64,000 nucleotides of DNA from Terriglobales bacterium (GTDB lineage: Bacteria > Acidobacteriota > Terriglobia > Terriglobales > Acidobacteriaceae), in contig DATBAX010000355.1 of the NCBI GenBank assembly GCA_036271275.1, positions 5,840 through 69,839 of the forward strand. Reading direction: 5' to 3'. A model generated the notes under the pieces. That model saw only the letters and a program-made list of their open reading frames with translations. It was not told the DNA's origin and searched no databases. Below are positions 61,190 to 64,000 of the stretch, one piece after another. A program made the position numbers and the translations under genes. Numbering within the stretch: position 1 is the stretch's first letter; each line of letters starts with the position of its first letter.

Positions 61190-64000
61190 ATGAGCCGGAA
61201 AAAAATGATCGGCCGGACGCTAGCGGTGCTTGTAGTTCTAATTGTTATTTGCGCCGTCGGCGGCTACTACTACTTAAAGAGTGCCGGATTTCACGAATGG
61301 GCGATGCGCAAGATCGTTCAGGAAGCGAACCATGCCACCGGCGGCCGCACGGAGATAAAGACCCTGGATTTCAACCTCTGGTCGTTAACAGCGCATCTTT
61401 ATGGGATCACCGTTCGCGGCAAGGAGGCAGCGGGCCAACCCCCACTCCTTCAGATCGACAAGTTGACCGCTAGGTTGAAAATTCAGTCAGTGCTCCGGCG
61501 CAAGATCACGCTCGGTGAATTGATCATCGAGCATCCAGTGATACATTTCGCTGTAGATCAGCAAGGTAATAACAATCTTCCCCAAGCTCCGCAAACTACT
61601 TCGGGCACTCATGCCAGCGTTTTTGATCTTGCAGTAGGCCACCTGGCCCTTAGCCAAGGCGAAGTGAACTACAACGACCAAAAGACTCCACTCGATGCCG
61701 ATCTTCACGATCTCGGAACTGGTATCACATTTGAGTCACTGACAAGTCGCTATCGTGGAACGCTCTCTTACCGTGAAGGACGACTTCATTACGGTGAATA
61801 CCTGCCCATCTCCCACCGCCTAGAAATGAAATTCGCTGCCACGCCGGCGTTGTTTACTCTTGAGTCCGCGGTCGTGAGAGTGGCGTCTTCCACCATGAAA
61901 GTTCACGCGGAACTGACCAATTACGGCGACCCAACTGTCTCTGGCGAATACGATCTTCAAGTTCATACTCCGGATTTGGTCGCAATGAAGATTCCGATGA
62001 AAACCAGGGGCGATCTTTCGCTCACCGGTGGATTTCATTATCACGGCGAAAGCGGACGGCCTTTCTTGCGAAGCATCGTGCTACAGGGACAAGTCGGAAG
62101 TGACGAACTCATAGCCACAACTTCGGACGGGAGGCTTGAGGTGCGGAAATTCCGGGGTAGGTATCAATTGTCCAATGCCTCTCTGCGGGCCGACGCGATC
62201 GCCGCCGATCTGCTCGGCGGGCGCATCAACGCTGCAATCGATATTGACGACCTCGACAAGACGCCCAAGTCTCACCTGCGAGGCGCACTGCGCGGGATGT
62301 CACTGCAAGCGGCGCAGCAGTCGGTTCGTCACCCGGAGGCAAATTGCGTCGCCGTCGCAGGAAGTGTCGATGGCACGTTCGATGGACTCTGGACCGGAAG
62401 TATCCGCAATATTCGCGCGCGCTCGGATCTTACGATTCGTACTCCGAAGGCTGCATCCGAACAATCGAGCACGCGGATAGTGATCGAAGGGGCGATCCAT
62501 GCGGACTACGATGCCGCCAATGAAACACTTACTCTTCACCAAACCGTACTGCGGATACCGTCGACGACTCTGACTGCTGAGGGACAAATTAATAAACACT
62601 CGCAATTGCAACTTCAAGTGATAAGCACCGATCTCCATCAGTTGGCGACTCTCGCATCGGTGTTCAGCGCGAAGCCCTCGACACCCGTTGCGGTCTCGGG
62701 CTGGGGCCAGTTCGAGGCCAAGGTGCAGGGCGCCGTGCAAAGGCCCCAGATCTCTGGACAAGTCAGTGCGCGAGACTTAAAAGTGGAAAGGAGTGAATGG
62801 AAAAGCGTCGATTTCGCCTTTCAAGCCGATCCGTCACGAGTTGCGGTTTCAAAAGGCACAGTAGCAGGCGTACAACACAGTCAGGCGACGTTCTCCGGAA
62901 CTGTTGCTCTTAGCGAGTGGTCTTATCTGCCCGCAAATTCCATTCGCGCGAATCTTTCAATCCGGCAAATGTCGCTGACTGAGCTCGAACATCTGGCGGC
63001 GGTGCAATATCCAGTCAGCGGAGACCTCTCGGCGAATATTTCGTTTAGCGGCTCCCAGCTTGCGCCCGCGGGATCAGGTTCTCTGGAAGTCCGGAATACC
63101 CGCGTCTATGATGAGCCGGTTCAATCCCTGGCCGTCAAATTCCACACCGATCGTGGATCCGTTGTCAGTAGCCTGAATGTTGTCGCCGATGCGGGATCCG
63201 CGAATGCCGATCTCACCTTTACACCGAACACAAAGGCGTACACGATGCGGATAAATGCCCGAGCGATTGCTTTGCAGAAACTACATTCGCTGCAATCGAA
63301 GAATCTACCCGTAACTGGTACGGTCAGCGCTTCGGCAAATGGATCGGGAACACTCGACGATCCTCAACTCACGGCGACCGTCCAACTGCCTAAATTGGAT
63401 ATCGGCCAAAAGTCGATCACTGGAGTAAATGCCGATGTTCATGTGGCCAATAAGCAAGCCGACGTTTCGTTAACCACGCAAGTTGCGGAGGCTTCGGTCA
63501 AAGCGCGAGGTCACATAATCCTTACTGGAGATTATGAAGCCAACGCGTCCATCGATACCGGTGCGGTGCCGCTCGACGCGCTCATGGCGGCCTACTCCAA
63601 CGGAGTGCCCGAAGGCTTCTCGGCACAGACTGAATTTCACGCCACTCTGAAAGGTCCGCTGAAAGATAAATCGAAACTGGAAGCTCACCTCACGATCCCC
63701 ACGCTGACGGCAAAATATCAGTCATTGGAAATCGGAGCGGCGGCGCCAATTCGTATCGACTGCTCGCACTCGGTCGCGACTTTGCAACCTGTGGAGATAC
63801 GCGGTACCGGTACATCGGTCCGAATTCAGGGAAACATCCCCTTCGCGGGAAGCGCCGTCCCAAATCTCACGGCGCAAGGATCGATCGACGCCAGAGTGCT
63901 TCGCATTCTGGCTCCGGACGTCAGAAGTTCAGGAATTGTCGCACTTGACGTCCACGCGTCAGGGTCCGCAAGCAACCCTCAGTTGCAAGGCCAAATCCGG
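61190..64000 (+). CDS. tamB: TamB/AsmA-like translocation-and-assembly-module protein (partial, continues past window end)
   Basis: Absent from the ORF track because it is open-ended. ATG at 61190, 8 nt after the Omp85 stop. Translation starts MSRKKMIGRTLAVLVVLIVICAVGGYYYL (N-terminal anchor). Repetitive beta-rich sequence follows, and the frame still reads cleanly (GSASNPQLQGQIR) at the 3' window edge. It was spot-checked only at the start and near 63962, not along its whole length. Confidence 0.75.
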   Translation, partial: MSRKKMIGRTLAVLVVLIVICAVGGYYYLKSAGFHEWAMRKIVQEANHATGGRTEIKTLDFNLWSLTAHLYGITVRGKEAAGQPPLLQIDKLTARLKIQSVLRRKITLGELIIEHPVIHFAVDQQGNNNLPQAPQTTSGTHASVFDLAVGHLALSQGEVNYNDQKTPLDADLHDLGTGITFESLTSRYRGTLSYREGRLHYGEYLPISHRLEMKFAATPALFTLESAVVRVASSTMKVHAELTNYGDPTVSGEYDLQVHTPDLVAMKIPMKTRGDLSLTGGFHYHGESGRPFLRSIVLQGQVGSDELIATTSDGRLEVRKFRGRYQLSNASLRADAIAADLLGGRINAAIDIDDLDKTPKSHLRGALRGMSLQAAQQSVRHPEANCVAVAGSVDGTFDGLWTGSIRNIRARSDLTIRTPKAASEQSSTRIVIEGAIHADYDAANETLTLHQTVLRIPSTTLTAEGQINKHSQLQLQVISTDLHQLATLASVFSAKPSTPVAVSGWGQFEAKVQGAVQRPQISGQVSARDLKVERSEWKSVDFAFQADPSRVAVSKGTVAGVQHSQATFSGTVALSEWSYLPANSIRANLSIRQMSLTELEHLAAVQYPVSGDLSANISFSGSQLAPAGSGSLEVRNTRVYDEPVQSLAVKFHTDRGSVVSSLNVVADAGSANADLTFTPNTKAYTMRINARAIALQKLHSLQSKNLPVTGTVSASANGSGTLDDPQLTATVQLPKLDIGQKSITGVNADVHVANKQADVSLTTQVAEASVKARGHIILTGDYEANASIDTGAVPLDALMAAYSNGVPEGFSAQTEFHATLKGPLKDKSKLEAHLTIPTLTAKYQSLEIGAAAPIRIDCSHSVATLQPVEIRGTGTSVRIQGNIPFAGSAVPNLTAQGSIDARVLRILAPDVRSSGIVALDVHASGSASNPQLQGQIR

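Noticed and set aside
1-64000. tRNA, rRNA, tmRNA or CRISPR arrays
   Set aside because: I scanned the intergenic regions for T-loop (GGTTCGAATCC-like) motifs, rRNA-like conserved blocks and short regularly spaced repeats. None was found by eye, and a tRNAscan/Infernal run would be needed for certainty.

Overview
This is a 64-kb chromosomal segment with about 70 protein-coding genes. I found no rRNA, tRNA or CRISPR array by eye. The gene content suggests a soil Acidobacteriota-type genome: TonB-dependent receptors with N-terminal carboxypeptidase-regulatory-like domains, many general-stress or desiccation genes, and an Omp85+TamB pair. That taxonomic call is inference only.

Layout:
1. 1-11.4 kb: a tightly packed minus-strand operon of TonB-dependent receptor, DUF3604, two Tat-exported DUF1254/DUF1214 paralogs, parvulin PPIase and three HupE/UreJ permeases. 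It is preceded by a sigma70-like promoter with an overlapping palindrome and a roughly 210-nt leader. The leader ends in a strong intrinsic terminator just upstream of the receptor start codon.
2. 12.5-13.1 kb: two convergent gene remnants.
3. 13.3-20.3 kb: a general-stress island with DUF2231, DUF892/YciE, a YflT-like protein, BON, Mn-catalase, pyrophosphatase, two DUF3147 proteins and an orphan receiver.
4. 21.0-22.4 kb: an NRAMP-family transporter with non-canonical metal-site motifs.
5. 22.4-28.6 kb: an accessory, decaying island. It contains an intact 2,716-bp IS1595-family element with perfect 28-bp inverted repeats and an 8-bp target-site duplication. The element carries two serine-protease cargo genes, one trypsin-fold and one ClpP-fold. 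Four butt-joined gene fragments follow it (SRAP, HipA, TIGR02391-like, histidine kinase).
6. 28.8-32.6 kb: a class II UvrA paralog and a PolX-like PHP protein.
7. 32.6-36.8 kb: oxidoreductases.
8. 36.8-39.8 kb: a translationally coupled cassette of PIG-L deacetylase, NodS-like methyltransferase, GT2 and ACAD-like protein.
9. 41.2-50.5 kb: an 11-gene array joining a XoxF-type (DYD motif) PQQ alcohol dehydrogenase and XoxJ to a complete heme-copper oxidase, CtaG and two lipoprotein cytochromes c.
10. 50.5-57.4 kb: a second stress-type set.
11. 58.2-64.0 kb: Omp85 (978 aa) and TamB (partial).

The items most worth follow-up are the cargo-carrying IS, the receptor operon with its terminator-containing leader, the xoxF-oxidase array and the four-gene sugar-modification cassette. 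All family names come from motif recognition by eye. No database search was run.
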